Of a stretch of 64,000 bases of DNA, positions 52,018 through 62,778 are shown in pieces. A program made the position numbers and the translations under genes. Origin of the DNA: Iphione sp. A-MEVVRFRX5 (Eukaryota); NCBI GenBank assembly GCA_976226885.1, contig OZ320323.1, positions 52,514,001-52,578,000 on the forward strand, read 5' to 3'. The notes below the pieces were generated by a model. It ran no database searches and had not been told where the DNA came from. It worked only from the letters and a program-made list of their open reading frames with translations. Numbering within the stretch: the stretch's first letter is position 1; the number at the start of each line of letters is the position of its first letter.

Positions 52018-52845
52018 TGTAGCACTAAAGCAACACCACGAGTCAGGTTCGATGTCAGCCTTTTATTCTTCAGCTTCGTAGCACAGTTACAATCGTCATC
52101 AGCAGCAACCCGGGCGAGTCCGACTAACTCTTCAGACCGCCAACCTTATATACCGGACGAGCCGGATACGGTCTTCCATCAAATGTCAAACACATCTTGT
52201 TCAGACAAAGCGTCATTAAAGTTTTACCCTCTGACGTCAATAGCACCTTGTATCCAGGGTAGCAGCAAAGCATTACCTTACACGCTATCTTGTTGTTGCA
52301 CCCGGACACCGTGTGAACAATCGTTACTTTAACGACAAGGCTCTGGTTACTGATAAGCAAAGAATTGTGAAGCGGGCGAAAGACAGACTACATCCTGTGT
52401 AGTGCAAGCGAAAATTTTCTCAGTAAACATTAACATACTTCGCACAAGGCTTTACTTGTAATTCATCTATCTATACTTTAAGATTGAAGACTCCCTGGGG
52501 GACTTATTTGGGTGGAGTGTCCTTGTAAGTGGGAGTCCTCAGATCTTGCCCGGGATCGATGATGTGGGAGCTCCTGGTTTCCTTCTCTCAGTCGTTTATG
52601 TATATTCAAAGTCTCTGCACTATATCTCTATAACCTTGTATATGTAGATGGAGTTTTTATAGGAGTAGTATACAGAGTCTGTGTCCTTTTATATTTTGCA
52701 TATATAAATATATATAGTTTGCTCTGGTAGATGTAAATATTCAAACTAGTCTTGATATATTCTTAAAAGGACTTCTGTTTGTGCCAATAAAGTATATGAA
52801 ATATAAATGACTGAGGTGGAACAACTGAATAAAGGTATATGTAGT

Positions 52846-52851
52846 TTTATT
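52846..52851 (-). terminator. LTR polyadenylation signal
   Basis: AATAAA on the minus strand about 330 nt downstream of the TATA box, followed by AT-rich sequence. Confidence 0.55.
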
Positions 52852-53194
52852 GGAAACAACACCAGAGGGATGATTGTCTCCGCCTGACAGCGGCTAAGTG
52901 TTGAATAAAGGCAAGAATTGCCCTAACAGTGTGATATGGCAGAATACCAAATAAAATGAGTGGCACAATATAAATGGAGGGAGAGGAGTCAGACCAGAAA
53001 GTTCTGTGCAGAATGAGTTCCCTTACAGTTTCTGTGAATGTCCAAAGGCAGTGACAGTAAAGTGTAGTACAGCAAGGCCTACAAAACAATACGTTCAATA
53101 TGGCCAATCCTGATATAGACACTGCTTTGGTATATGTAGATCTGCACTGGTCTGCTCCCTCCTCCAGAATGTCTTCCCTGTGGCTGGGAGCTGG

Positions 53195-53228
53195 CTGCTT
53201 ATATAGGCAGCTGCCTTCTGATTGGCCC
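53195..53228 (-). promoter_or_regulatory. LTR promoter: CCAAT box and TATA box
   Basis: The minus strand reads ggCCAATc at ~53221-53226 and ccTATATAAgc at ~53198-53204, spaced as in a retroviral U3. Confidence 0.7.
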
Positions 53229-53237
53229 AAACCCAGT

Positions 53238-53405
53238 CCATACATTTCCTATATAGGGTGAGGGTCACCCTGACCCTCTGTAGCCAAAACCTTAGTCCAT
53301 ACATTTCCTATATGAGGGTGAGGGTCACCCTGACCCTCCATGACCAAAGCCTTACTCCCTACATTTCCTATATGAGGGTGAGGGTCACCCTAACCCTCCA
53401 TGACC
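53238..53405. promoter_or_regulatory. U3 enhancer: 3 x 59-60-bp repeats, each with a GGTCAnnnTGACC (IR3) palindrome
   Basis: GGTCAcccTGACC at 53263-53275 and 53323-53335, and GGTCAcccTAACC at 53383-53395, directly upstream of the CCAAT/TATA boxes. Confidence 0.65.
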
Positions 53406-53853
53406 AAATTCATTCTATAATTATTTCAACTTCTCAAATACACATAACTACATACTTTTAAATTTGTTGATATGAATTTTGTCCACAGTATAGATATTAC
53501 TGAGTTGATAGAAATTTTATCCAAAGTTTGTGAGCCTTACATATGTCTATATAGAGAGGTAGGATCACCCAATCTAACCTATCCCAATACTTCAAATACA
53601 TTCTTTATACAATCAAACTTGTAGTCAAATGCTATTTCAATACTTAGAATACATACCACTACACATGTATGGATCTATGGTTAGGAAACACATACATTGT
53701 TTTAATATTTGAGGGATTTGATAACTTAACAATACACTGTACAGACATTGTACTTTATTTCACAATATACATTCTGCAGAATACAATGTAACTCCCTTTT
53801 ACTTATCCACTCATTAAGGATCACACAAGACGTTCTATAGAAACTGTGTTACA

Positions 53854-53865
53854 TCCCTCCCCTCC
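53854..53865 (-). other. Polypurine tract (PPT)
   Basis: Minus strand GGAGGGGAGGGA abuts TGTAACAC. Confidence 0.85.
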
Positions 53866-55014
53866 TTTGGAAACAATGCGCAGCATTGTTGAGCCGCTTG
53901 TCTGGGCTTCCCAAACAAAATCCATACGTGCATCCCAATACGAGGGTTCTTATCACACTGAAAAGATATTCAGTATGACAAGTTCAACAGGAATATGCTA
54001 ATACCTTCACATCACTACTAGTACTACCAACCACCACTTTCAAGGTACCGTCGCATATAGAAAACCCGTTCCTGGCACATTGAAATATATAACTGTGGTT
54101 AACGACTCTGAGGACAAGATAATCCTCCAATCAATCAGGGGGAATTAGACCAGAGTGATCAGGCAAACGCGGAAATTTGCCTCTCCTTCACAAAGGATTT
54201 AGCACCTTTGTGGACAAGTGCCTGTATTCTCATCCCGCTTCCCGTTACAAGCGTTATTTTACAGCATCCCCTTAGGATCAGCTTTCTTACGAACTTACTC
54301 GGCCATCAACAGCTCTCCAGTGGAATCTGGAACTGGGGGACTCGGGTGGTCCTATTACTACAGCTTTATGGCTACACTTGCCAGGGCCGCCAGTTCGCTC
54401 AACCTCAAGGGACGACCTTTAAACCAGGGAGAATGGTCTCTCTGGATGGCCTTGACTCTACCTTCTAGGTTAACGAGCACACACCAGACTTCCTGGTTCC
54501 TTAAGAAGAAAATTTGTCTTTTTTGTAATTTCCCTTTTTTTTGTTTGAACAAGGGAAAGAAATAGAAGAAGAAAAAGAAAGATCCATGACAAATTTCATG
54601 AGGTGCTCTTCCAAGCAAAAGAGAGATTTGCCCGTGGAGGGTCACCTCACGGCCCGAAGGCTACCATGAGGACACTTCCTTGAACGAACATTTACAACCG
54701 AAGATTCCTCATGGACACCATTCGTGCCGGAGTCTGAACCAGTTATGGTGGGTCGCGAACCGCAGATAGACACTCACTCTTCCAGCTGATCACAAATACT
54801 ATTTACATTTTATTGAGGTACCTGTAGCTGAACTTGATGGATTACACACATTGAACAATCAACATATAACAGTATGCATACATTATTGGTACCATTCCAA
54901 TTCCTGCAGGTTGTACATCAATTACACAGCACATATGTATATGCATTTCCTATCACAGTGTGAGCAAGAGTTCCTATCTTTTCTGCCAAGACTGCGATCG
55001 ATAGTATTCCTCCC

Positions 55015-57206
55015 TTACCGGAACACAGAAAAAGGGTGCTCAGCAGGAGCATACAGCTCAGTGGGGACTTTTGAGTTAGTAGGGCGATATATCTCAAATT
55101 CTTTGGGACCTTGTTTAAACTTCATCGCACATTCGGGCACAATGCGCGCGGGCTCAGGGGCACTGGGCAGAGGCAGGGCCCGAAGGGAGAGAGTCTCCCC
55201 GGCACTAGCCACTGATGGGTCAGGGGAATGAGTTCCATTTCCCAGATTGATGGTAATTGGGGAGGACCCTTGGGATCCCACGCCTTCGTTGGATCTACGG
55301 CTATTCGTGGACCGACTGGGCATAAACCTCCTCCAGCGTCCCTTGCTACACAAGCAACAGTAGCAACATCTGCACACCGTGAGGGCCGAACTCAGCCCTC
55401 CAATAACCCACATTATGGTTGACAAAGGAGAAGTACCTGGCATCAACGGGTTACGAGCAACCTTATCATGGAGTGTATTAATTCTTTGTACTATTCCCTC
55501 AATATCAGTCTCAGAGAAATCCGGTAACGGTTGCAATGGTCCGGTCCGATTTGGAGCCGGAGGGAGCTCCGCTGACCAGACCAACAATTCAGTCACCAAC
55601 AACTTAGCTGGAAGTTCAATAGGGTCTCGTTCAACTTCGTATTCATTACGCTGATAATAATATGTGGGCAGAGACATCTCATCCCTGACAGTTCCACATC
55701 CGTTGGAAAGTTTCACTAAGGCAAAGGGAGCTGGAACGTTATGACGGTATGTGCTGCCGTTAACACACTGTATTCTCATGCCCAACATAACCGGAGTGGT
55801 CACCACCCAATTACCTTGATCTAGGTACTTGGCTTGGGGCATGGTTAGCCCACTCATGATGGTACGCGTACAGAGGGAGGACACCCATTTGACCTCTTGC
55901 CGGTAGATAGCGAGAACGCAATATGAATGCAGATTGAGTTCATACACAGGAGATGACACCAAGCAGGAGTCTTCCTGTAGTCGACAGTGAACAAGTTCCT
56001 CTGGCGTGACAATGGCATAACGACGTCGGTCGCTGGTTATGCCAAAATACTTGAACTCAAAGTCAAATTGAATGGCACGTCCGTCAGCCATCGGGATGGG
56101 AATGTTCACTGCTTCATAGATAGTGTACGAAGCTACTGGGTCTGTCAATGGTATAGTGATGGAGGTTATGATGCGTCCCTCGAAAATAACCGTGGTGGCC
56201 GACAGAGCACTACAGTAGCTCCACATGTCAGTCACCTGATAGGGCAAATGCAGTTGAGATGGCAATTGATGTTCAATAGTCATGAGGATACCCCTGAGTT
56301 CATTAGCTGGGAGGACCTCGGGAGTCAACCGTCCGCCTAAAAGATGGTTGATACGGGCCTCTAACTTGGACACCGAAGTTTCCCACGCATCCAACCGGTA
56401 CTCGTATCGCAAGTAAAACCGCTCGGCGTTGAGGATGTCATGAATATGGCGTATTTCCCGAGTAGTGATATTGCTCATGACATGTACAGCCTCCCACAAG
56501 TCAATTTCTACCTCTTTCAGAGTTTTTAACACGTCATTGATGTGTTGGCAGTTCTGGCGGGCGTCCACACGTGTCTGATTCATCACCGTCATCATATCCC
56601 TCATAATCATCAGGGTCTCCAACTGTTGCGATTCCAGTTGGTACATACGTTGCTTAATAATGTGTATTTCATTTCCCACTACACCAAACCCAGCGGCCGT
56701 CCCTGCCACCATCACCACACCGCCTAGGGCTGCGAGGGCTACGGCGGGACTGCACCGTGGCCTGGTACCATTATACCGTCCGAAGATATCCACTCGTTCC
56801 ATACGTCCTTCCTGGAAGCGTCGCATTCGTTCTTCCGTAAGCAACTTAGCGATATTGTCCAGCTGGGCTATTCCCTGTTTTATTTGTGCCTGCAAAATCT
56901 TGGCACGATCCAATTGGGATCTCATAATTATTCTCGCAACAGGTTCCGCTCAGGGTCGATTGCCGTAAATTTGCCAAGGGGGAATGAGGCTATAGGTTGT
57001 CTTCAACAATCCATATCGTGTGTGATTAAGTTCGCCCGCCAAGTCATTCCCTACTTGTTTATAGCGATCGTACTCGGAAACCAAGTCCAGTCACCAGGAG
57101 GATAGGACAGACCTTACGTCTAGACGTTTCTTGAAAATAACATTCTCAAGCGTCCCTCCGACGACAGGTTGGATGACGATCAATCCCCATAGGACCCACA
57201 CGCAAC
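55015..57206 (-). pseudogene. env: env: class I (F-like) fusion glycoprotein, expressed from a splice acceptor at 57206; two in-frame TGA stops
   Basis: Acceptor cttttctctgttgtag| lies just after the pol stop. It is followed by a signal-like CVWVLWGLIVIQPVVG in frame (93 codons) with the 636-aa ORF 55015-56925. TGA codons at 57091-57093 and 56950-56952. RPRC is followed by hydrophobic SPAVALAALGGVVMVAGTAAGFG, a heptad region, a Cys-rich core, N-glycan sequons, and TM IMWVIGGLSSALTVC plus a Cys cluster. Confidence 0.88.
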
Positions 57207-57225
57207 CTACAACAGAGAAAAGGCG

Positions 57226-60200
57226 TTAGTTAGTCTCAGGCACACTCTTCTCTGCGACTACGAGATCTCGCAAAATCGATGTTACTGTTTGCAAAGTCTT
57301 AAGAGCTTTCGTTAAATGCTCAGCTGGGTTATCATTAATTAACTCCACTTGTTTAGTTTTCTTAGAAATCGATTGCTCACCTGGTTCAGTATGTTCTCTC
57401 TTATACCAGGGACCACGCGTCCAAAACTGGCGCGGGCGTTTATACATCGGTGGCAATTCAGTAGGCAAGGTCTGTTCTCTTTTTACTGCAGCTCGGGTGC
57501 GATAACGGTGGGGTGCCGGTTGGTCCCCCCTCCCCTCTGTCAGGTGACCGTCGGTCTCAGGTGCCCGTGGCGGGGTCGGATCCCGACCTCCCACGGCACC
57601 TCCATCCCCATTTTCCGTGTTCTCAGGGGGAGTTCTCGGCAGGTTGACCGGAGCGATGGCCTGCTCCCCGGCCTCGTGTTGCCGTTCTGCACGGGCGGGC
57701 TGCTGGTCGCGCAACACATCTAACCCTTCACCATGATCCTTGGCTGCTGGGTCGGGTCTATTTTCCTCAGGTCCGTGCACCTGATCCGGTGGATCAATGT
57801 TTTCCGCAACAGGGCCCTCCACCCCGACCCGTCCCTCTTCCGGTTGAAGATCAGGGTCGTTCTGCAGATCACGAAGTTCGTGCTGCTGTTCTCTTCCGTA
57901 CAATTGGGCCAAGGGGATATCATCCGCGGAAGAGAACCCATCGGAGCCATCCAATGGTGATGACGAACTACCGCCCGAATCAGTAGACGTCTCATCTCCG
58001 GCTAAAGCAACACGCCGGCACAGTCGCCCATCACTTGCCCTAGGCATCCTCCAGTCCAGGTTTGCCATTCGCAAGTGATCACTGTGAACCTTTGCAAGCT
58101 TCCCCATCACCTGATCCTTCACAATGAAGTTGACTGGAGTAAGCTTTTCTACGATACGGCCATAAGGCTGCCACCTCACATCTACCTTGTGGCGCTTTAA
58201 GGGGTTCTGTACATATACAGGATCCCCGACTTCGAATGACACCTCCGTAGCCCGTTGGTCATGATACTTTTTCATGCGCTGTCGCGCCGTGGCGACATTC
58301 CGGCGGACTATGGTCATGGCCTGATGATGTCGCTGCAAGGCCAGTTTATGATGCTCTTCCCCGTAGTACCTTACTCAGGTTGGAGCAAGGTGTCCAATGG
58401 CAATATTGGATCTCTTGCCTGAAGGAGATAGAAAGGGGTATACTTGGTTGACTCATTAGTACTCATTCGCAGAGCCAACAAAGCAGAGGGTATTACCTTT
58501 TCCCAACATGCCATATCTCTCTGAGTTAACTTTGCTACAACGTCATTCCATACCCGGTGCATTCGCTCAACCTTACCATTACCAGCTGGGTGATATGGAC
58601 TGGTGGTGATGCGAGCTACAACGAGCTTCCGACAAATCTCCTTTATAACTTCATTCACGAATTCAGTCCTGTTGTCGGATAACGGATAACTACGGGACAT
58701 CCGTGCCTTGGTATGACTTCCTCAAGGAAGATTGTCGCGACTGTCTGAGCCTGCTTATTTTTCATGGGGAACATTTCAGGCCATCCTGAATAGACGTCGA
58801 TTAAGGTCAGGAGATACACGTACCCGGCTTTGGATTCCCGGTACGGTCCACAGGTAACGACTGCTAATTTTTGAAACGGAAACGTAATACTTTCTATTTC
58901 TTGAAGTGGCCTTAATTGCCTCTTCAAATTCAGTGTGTTACACAACACACATGCCCGAATGTGAGCGACGACATCTCGAAATAAATTCTTCCAGTAGTAC
59001 AGTGCGCGTACGCAGTCGTACGTTTTATCAATCCCCATATGCACCATTTGATCATGTTACTGATCCAGCACTGCACTACGGTACGCTTTTGGCACTACTA
59101 GCCGCAAGCAAGCTTCTCGGAGTCTCTGACACTCCAGATCGGTGGTTTGCGCTGCCTCTATGCCTTCCAGATAATCATGTTCCTGAGTTTGTAGTACTCT
59201 TGCTTCCTCCGAGTCGGTGCTGGAAGCATTATTGTCCGTACTCTGTACATGCGGTTCGGCTGCGGAATCCTCAAGGGGCCCTGATCCCGCATCCGAATCG
59301 GTCTGGTCGAGCGGAGCCAGTTCTTCTCCGGAATTGGAGCTTCCTACCTACGGATCCTCTCGACCTGACCAAAGCCTACTTAAAGCATCGGCGGGAACAT
59401 TATCCCTACCAGGGATGTATTGAATTTCACAGTCATACTCAGAAAGCTGCATGGCCTAACGCTGGACCTTAGCATTCTTCTGCTCTGATTTGAACAAGAA
59501 TTTCAAGGGTTTATGGTCCATACGGACAATGAATTTATGTCCGTACAGAAAAGCGCGGAACTTCCGGATTGCAGAGACAATAGCAAACCCTTCCTTTTCA
59601 ATAACGGGCCACCTCTGTTGAGTTTCACTTAGGTGGTGCGACATATACTGGATCGGTCTTTCTCCGTCGTCGAACTCCTGAATGAGCACAGCTCCGATGC
59701 ACGCATCACTCGCATCGGTATACAAGATGAACTCCCGGTCAAACACCAGAAAGGCCAAAAGTGGAGGATTGATAAGCTTCTCCTTCAACGTGTCGAAGGC
59801 GATCTGACACTCAGGAGTCCACTTAAACTCTGGATGCTTTCGGGTCATGGCAATCAATGGTTCGGCAATCTGGGTGAATGCTGGCACATATCTTCCGTAG
59901 AAACTAGCCATCCCTATAAAGGATCGGACACCCTTTACGTCGACTGGAGGTTCCAGGTCAGAGATGCTAGCTACTTTTCCATCATCAGGCCGTACTCCAT
60001 CAGGCGTGATGATATGCCCCAGATATTGCAAGCAAGGACAGAAGAAGTCACACTTGCTTCGTTTCAACTTCAGCCCTGCACTTCTTAATCGATCGAACAC
60101 CATTTGCAGATGGCAAAGGTGAGTAGCATGGTCCGGCAACCATACTAAGATATCATCGATATAAGCTGTGGTGAACGTGCCATTGATTCCGTCCAGAACC

Positions 60201-61471
60201 TTAGCCATAAGTTCGCAAAAAACACTAGGTGCATTACACAACCCAAACGGCATGACATTAAATTCGAATAACCCTGCGTGACAAGCAAATGCAGTCTTAG
60301 GTCTGGAGTCTTCGTCCATTGGGACTTGATGATAACCGCTACGAAGATCTAAAGTAGAAAAACAGGTACTGCCTCCCAACTTAGCCAAGATATCATCGAT
60401 TCGAGGCAATGGCCAATTGAATTTGACAGTAACATCATTGACGCGGCGATAATCGACACAGAATCGCATCATGCCATTTTTCTTCTCCACCAGCACAATC
60501 GGTGAAGCCCCCGGGCTGCGACTAGTGCGGATAATGCCAGCGTCCATCATACCCTGTATTTTCTCCTCTACCACAGTTTGTCAGGACAGTGGTGTATGAT
60601 AAGGCTTCTGAGCAATGGGCTCGTGATCTCCCGTATCGATCTCCATGGTAACCAGATGGCTGCAACCCAACTCCATATCCGAGGCTGCAAACAAATCCTC
60701 GTTATTCACCAGCAGCTCCTCTAACGTAGAGACTGCTATATTTAACTGGCAAGGAGTCGGCGTTGAGTTCGTACCAATCAGTCCCAACTTGTGGCAAGTT
60801 TCGTCTCAGACGGGTTCAACTTCCACGATCACGTTCCCTGCTATCAGCATAAGGGTGCGCGTAGTTGTGTTGACAATTAATACTGGAATTTTGTCGGAGC
60901 ACACAGTCGTAAGAGAGTTGGCGACTATGACTCCAGGTTCCTCAATTAGGTAACTCTGTTTGGAACCCTTCACTATCATAGCCTGGGTGTCCCCTACCGG
61001 AGTATCCTTCCGTCTCCGTTTTCCACATGCTATAACTGCCGTATTCGGGGGCAGGACGGTATCGGATTCCACCCGCACGATTGCCTCAACCTGTTGTTCG
61101 GCAATCATGGGAACCAACAAGGACCTGCAACGTACCATCCCCTCCTCTGGCAGCAACTGCATTGGGTGCTGGCTTAACCAGTCCCAACCTAGGATAAACG
61201 TGTGTCGAGGACGACTCATGACTCGGAACTCCACAGAGAAACTAATTCCCTGGACTGAGAATTCGATATAAGTCACACCCGATTGCTGTAATTCTCCACC
61301 ATCCACTCCTCGTATAGTGGTGGGTGGCGTGTCCAGCACTGTAGCCAGCCTTCGCTTTTCCAGACTCTTATAGATATCCTCCCTCACAACAGACACGTCT
61401 GCCCCAGTATCTAGCAGAGCGCGGAAGCCATAAGGGCCTACTTTAATTTTAATAGTCGGCCTATCAGTCAT
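57226..61471 (-). pseudogene. pol: pol (PR-RT-RH-IN, Ty3/Gypsy order) with nonsense and frameshift lesions
   Basis: LLDTGAD (protease). RT with FSTLDLRSGYHQ, FNVMPFGLCNAP and YIDD. RH with LYTDAS, EKEGFAI and DHKPL. IN with HMGIDKT...C..C, LIDVYSGW, DNRTEF, YHPAGNGKVERMH and WQPY. In-frame stops at 60806, 60581 and 59456, plus frameshifts in the integrase. Confidence 0.95.
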
Positions 61472-61493
61472 CTTGTATCAGGTGTCGGTCTTC

Positions 61494-62447
61494 CTAATTT
61501 GTTAAATTTTTATTCGGGCACTGGGACTGGTAGTGTCCGAACTTTTTGCATCCATAACATTGAACCTTCTTAACCACCTTTGACAACGGTTGCTGGGGAA
61601 CACCTTCCTTCTGTCCCCTTAACTTGGCCTTCGCGGCGTAGCAATTCTTTGCCACGTGACCCTGCTTGCCACAGCAGTGACAATTGCCCTGAAACCATTT
61701 TTTCCCGATATCAATGGCATCTACTTCCATGGGGGTATGTTCATCTCTCCCTCTTAATGATATATGGCGGAGGACTTCCGTCTCACCTCCTGCACAGGCG
61801 ACAGCGGCCACAAAATCTTCAGGTCCCTCCTGTATTATTTTCCTAGCCACCTTGGGGTTCTTCACCCCGTCTGTGAAGAATTCAACTAACTGTTGTTGCA
61901 CCTCTGCTTGGCGCATTTCTTCATCCGAAAAGGCATCTCAGGCTAGATCAAGTAACCTTTCAGAGTATATGTATATGGTCTCGTCGGATTTTTGTTTACA
62001 TTTTCGCAAGAACCCCTTCGCATGGACAGGGTCTATTACTTCCCCAAATTTGCGGGAGAGTTGCTCCTTAAACCTGCCCCACTCAACCTGGGTCAAGACT
62101 GGTTCAAGCACTTGAGGATCACCTCCTTGAAGTCTATTATCTTGCTCTTCAACATAACGGATGATATAATCAGCCACCGGCCCTTCTGCTGTTAGCTGGG
62201 TTAGCTGTTGCTTAAATCGCATGGCTCCTTCAGGCCGCACCACGTACCCAATGGTAGCGTGTTCGATTGCTTTCATCCATGGCTTGACTCCCTTTGGCTT
62301 TCCATCAAAACTGGGAACTGATTGTTTAGCTCCCTGTATACTCAAATTTTCTGTCACCTTAGCTAAGTGCTGATCTATTCCTTGAAAGCATTGCTGGAGA
62401 TTAGGACCTCCTCCCTCCGCTCCCTGGGGCGCCTCGGGCACCTCCAT
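61494..62447 (-). pseudogene. gag: gag with two CCHC zinc knuckles; one premature stop
   Basis: ORFs 61938-62447 and 61494-61916 are in one frame. TGA at 61938-61940 aligns with CGA (Arg) in the older copy. PMEVD, CHCCGKQGHVAKNC and CYGCKKFGHYQSQC motifs. Confidence 0.92.
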
Positions 62448-62466
62448 AGGCCCACTTACCCAACTT

Positions 62467-62643
62467 CTAGGGAAGGGCGTGGGGTTCCCCGTCTCCCACT
62501 AACACGAGTCCTGGGGCCCCACAACCCAGAGTTAGTTTACATGCCAAATATCCTATTGCTCCCATTAGCATGGCCACAATTAGGAGCATTACAACAATAT
62601 ACCCCACCGAACGGGAATCAAATTCCAAAGTGGTCAAATCCAT
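62467..62643 (-). CDS. 58-aa leader ORF with one predicted transmembrane helix (missed by the 60-aa ORF track)
   Basis: MDLTTLEFDSRSVGYIVVMLLIVAMLMGAIGYLACKLTLGCGAPGLVLVGDGEPHALP*, followed by a GTAAGT donor at 62454-62459. Confidence 0.5.
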   Translation of the reverse strand: MDLTTLEFDSRSVGYIVVMLLIVAMLMGAIGYLACKLTLGCGAPGLVLVGDGEPHALP

Positions 62644-62778
62644 CCCTATTTTGGACCCTTAAACCCTACCCACTAGGTTCATTGGTCTTGGCAGAACATC
62701 CCAGAAACTCTCGCTCACCTTTCAATTTCATGGCTGCACAGTCCATTATTCTGGGTTTTCTGTTGTTAGTTCTGTCTC

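Larger units (their letters stand above)
52018..53853 (-). mobile_element. 3' LTR (1836 bp) of the env-bearing Gypsy element
   Basis: Minus-strand termini TGTAACAC (53853) ... GTGCTACA (52018). A PPT lies immediately upstream. 52018-52458 aligns without gaps to 63560-64000. Confidence 0.9.

Noticed and set aside
55015-56925. Intact 636-aa env as a domesticated (syncytin-like) host gene
   Set aside because: The true ORF begins upstream at the 57206 acceptor and has two in-frame TGA stops, and the cleavage site looks mutated. env is decaying like gag and pol.
61494-61515. AAAUUUA slippery heptamer before the gag stop
   Set aside because: It is absent from the older copy, and the -1 frame here meets a stop immediately and is not the pol frame.
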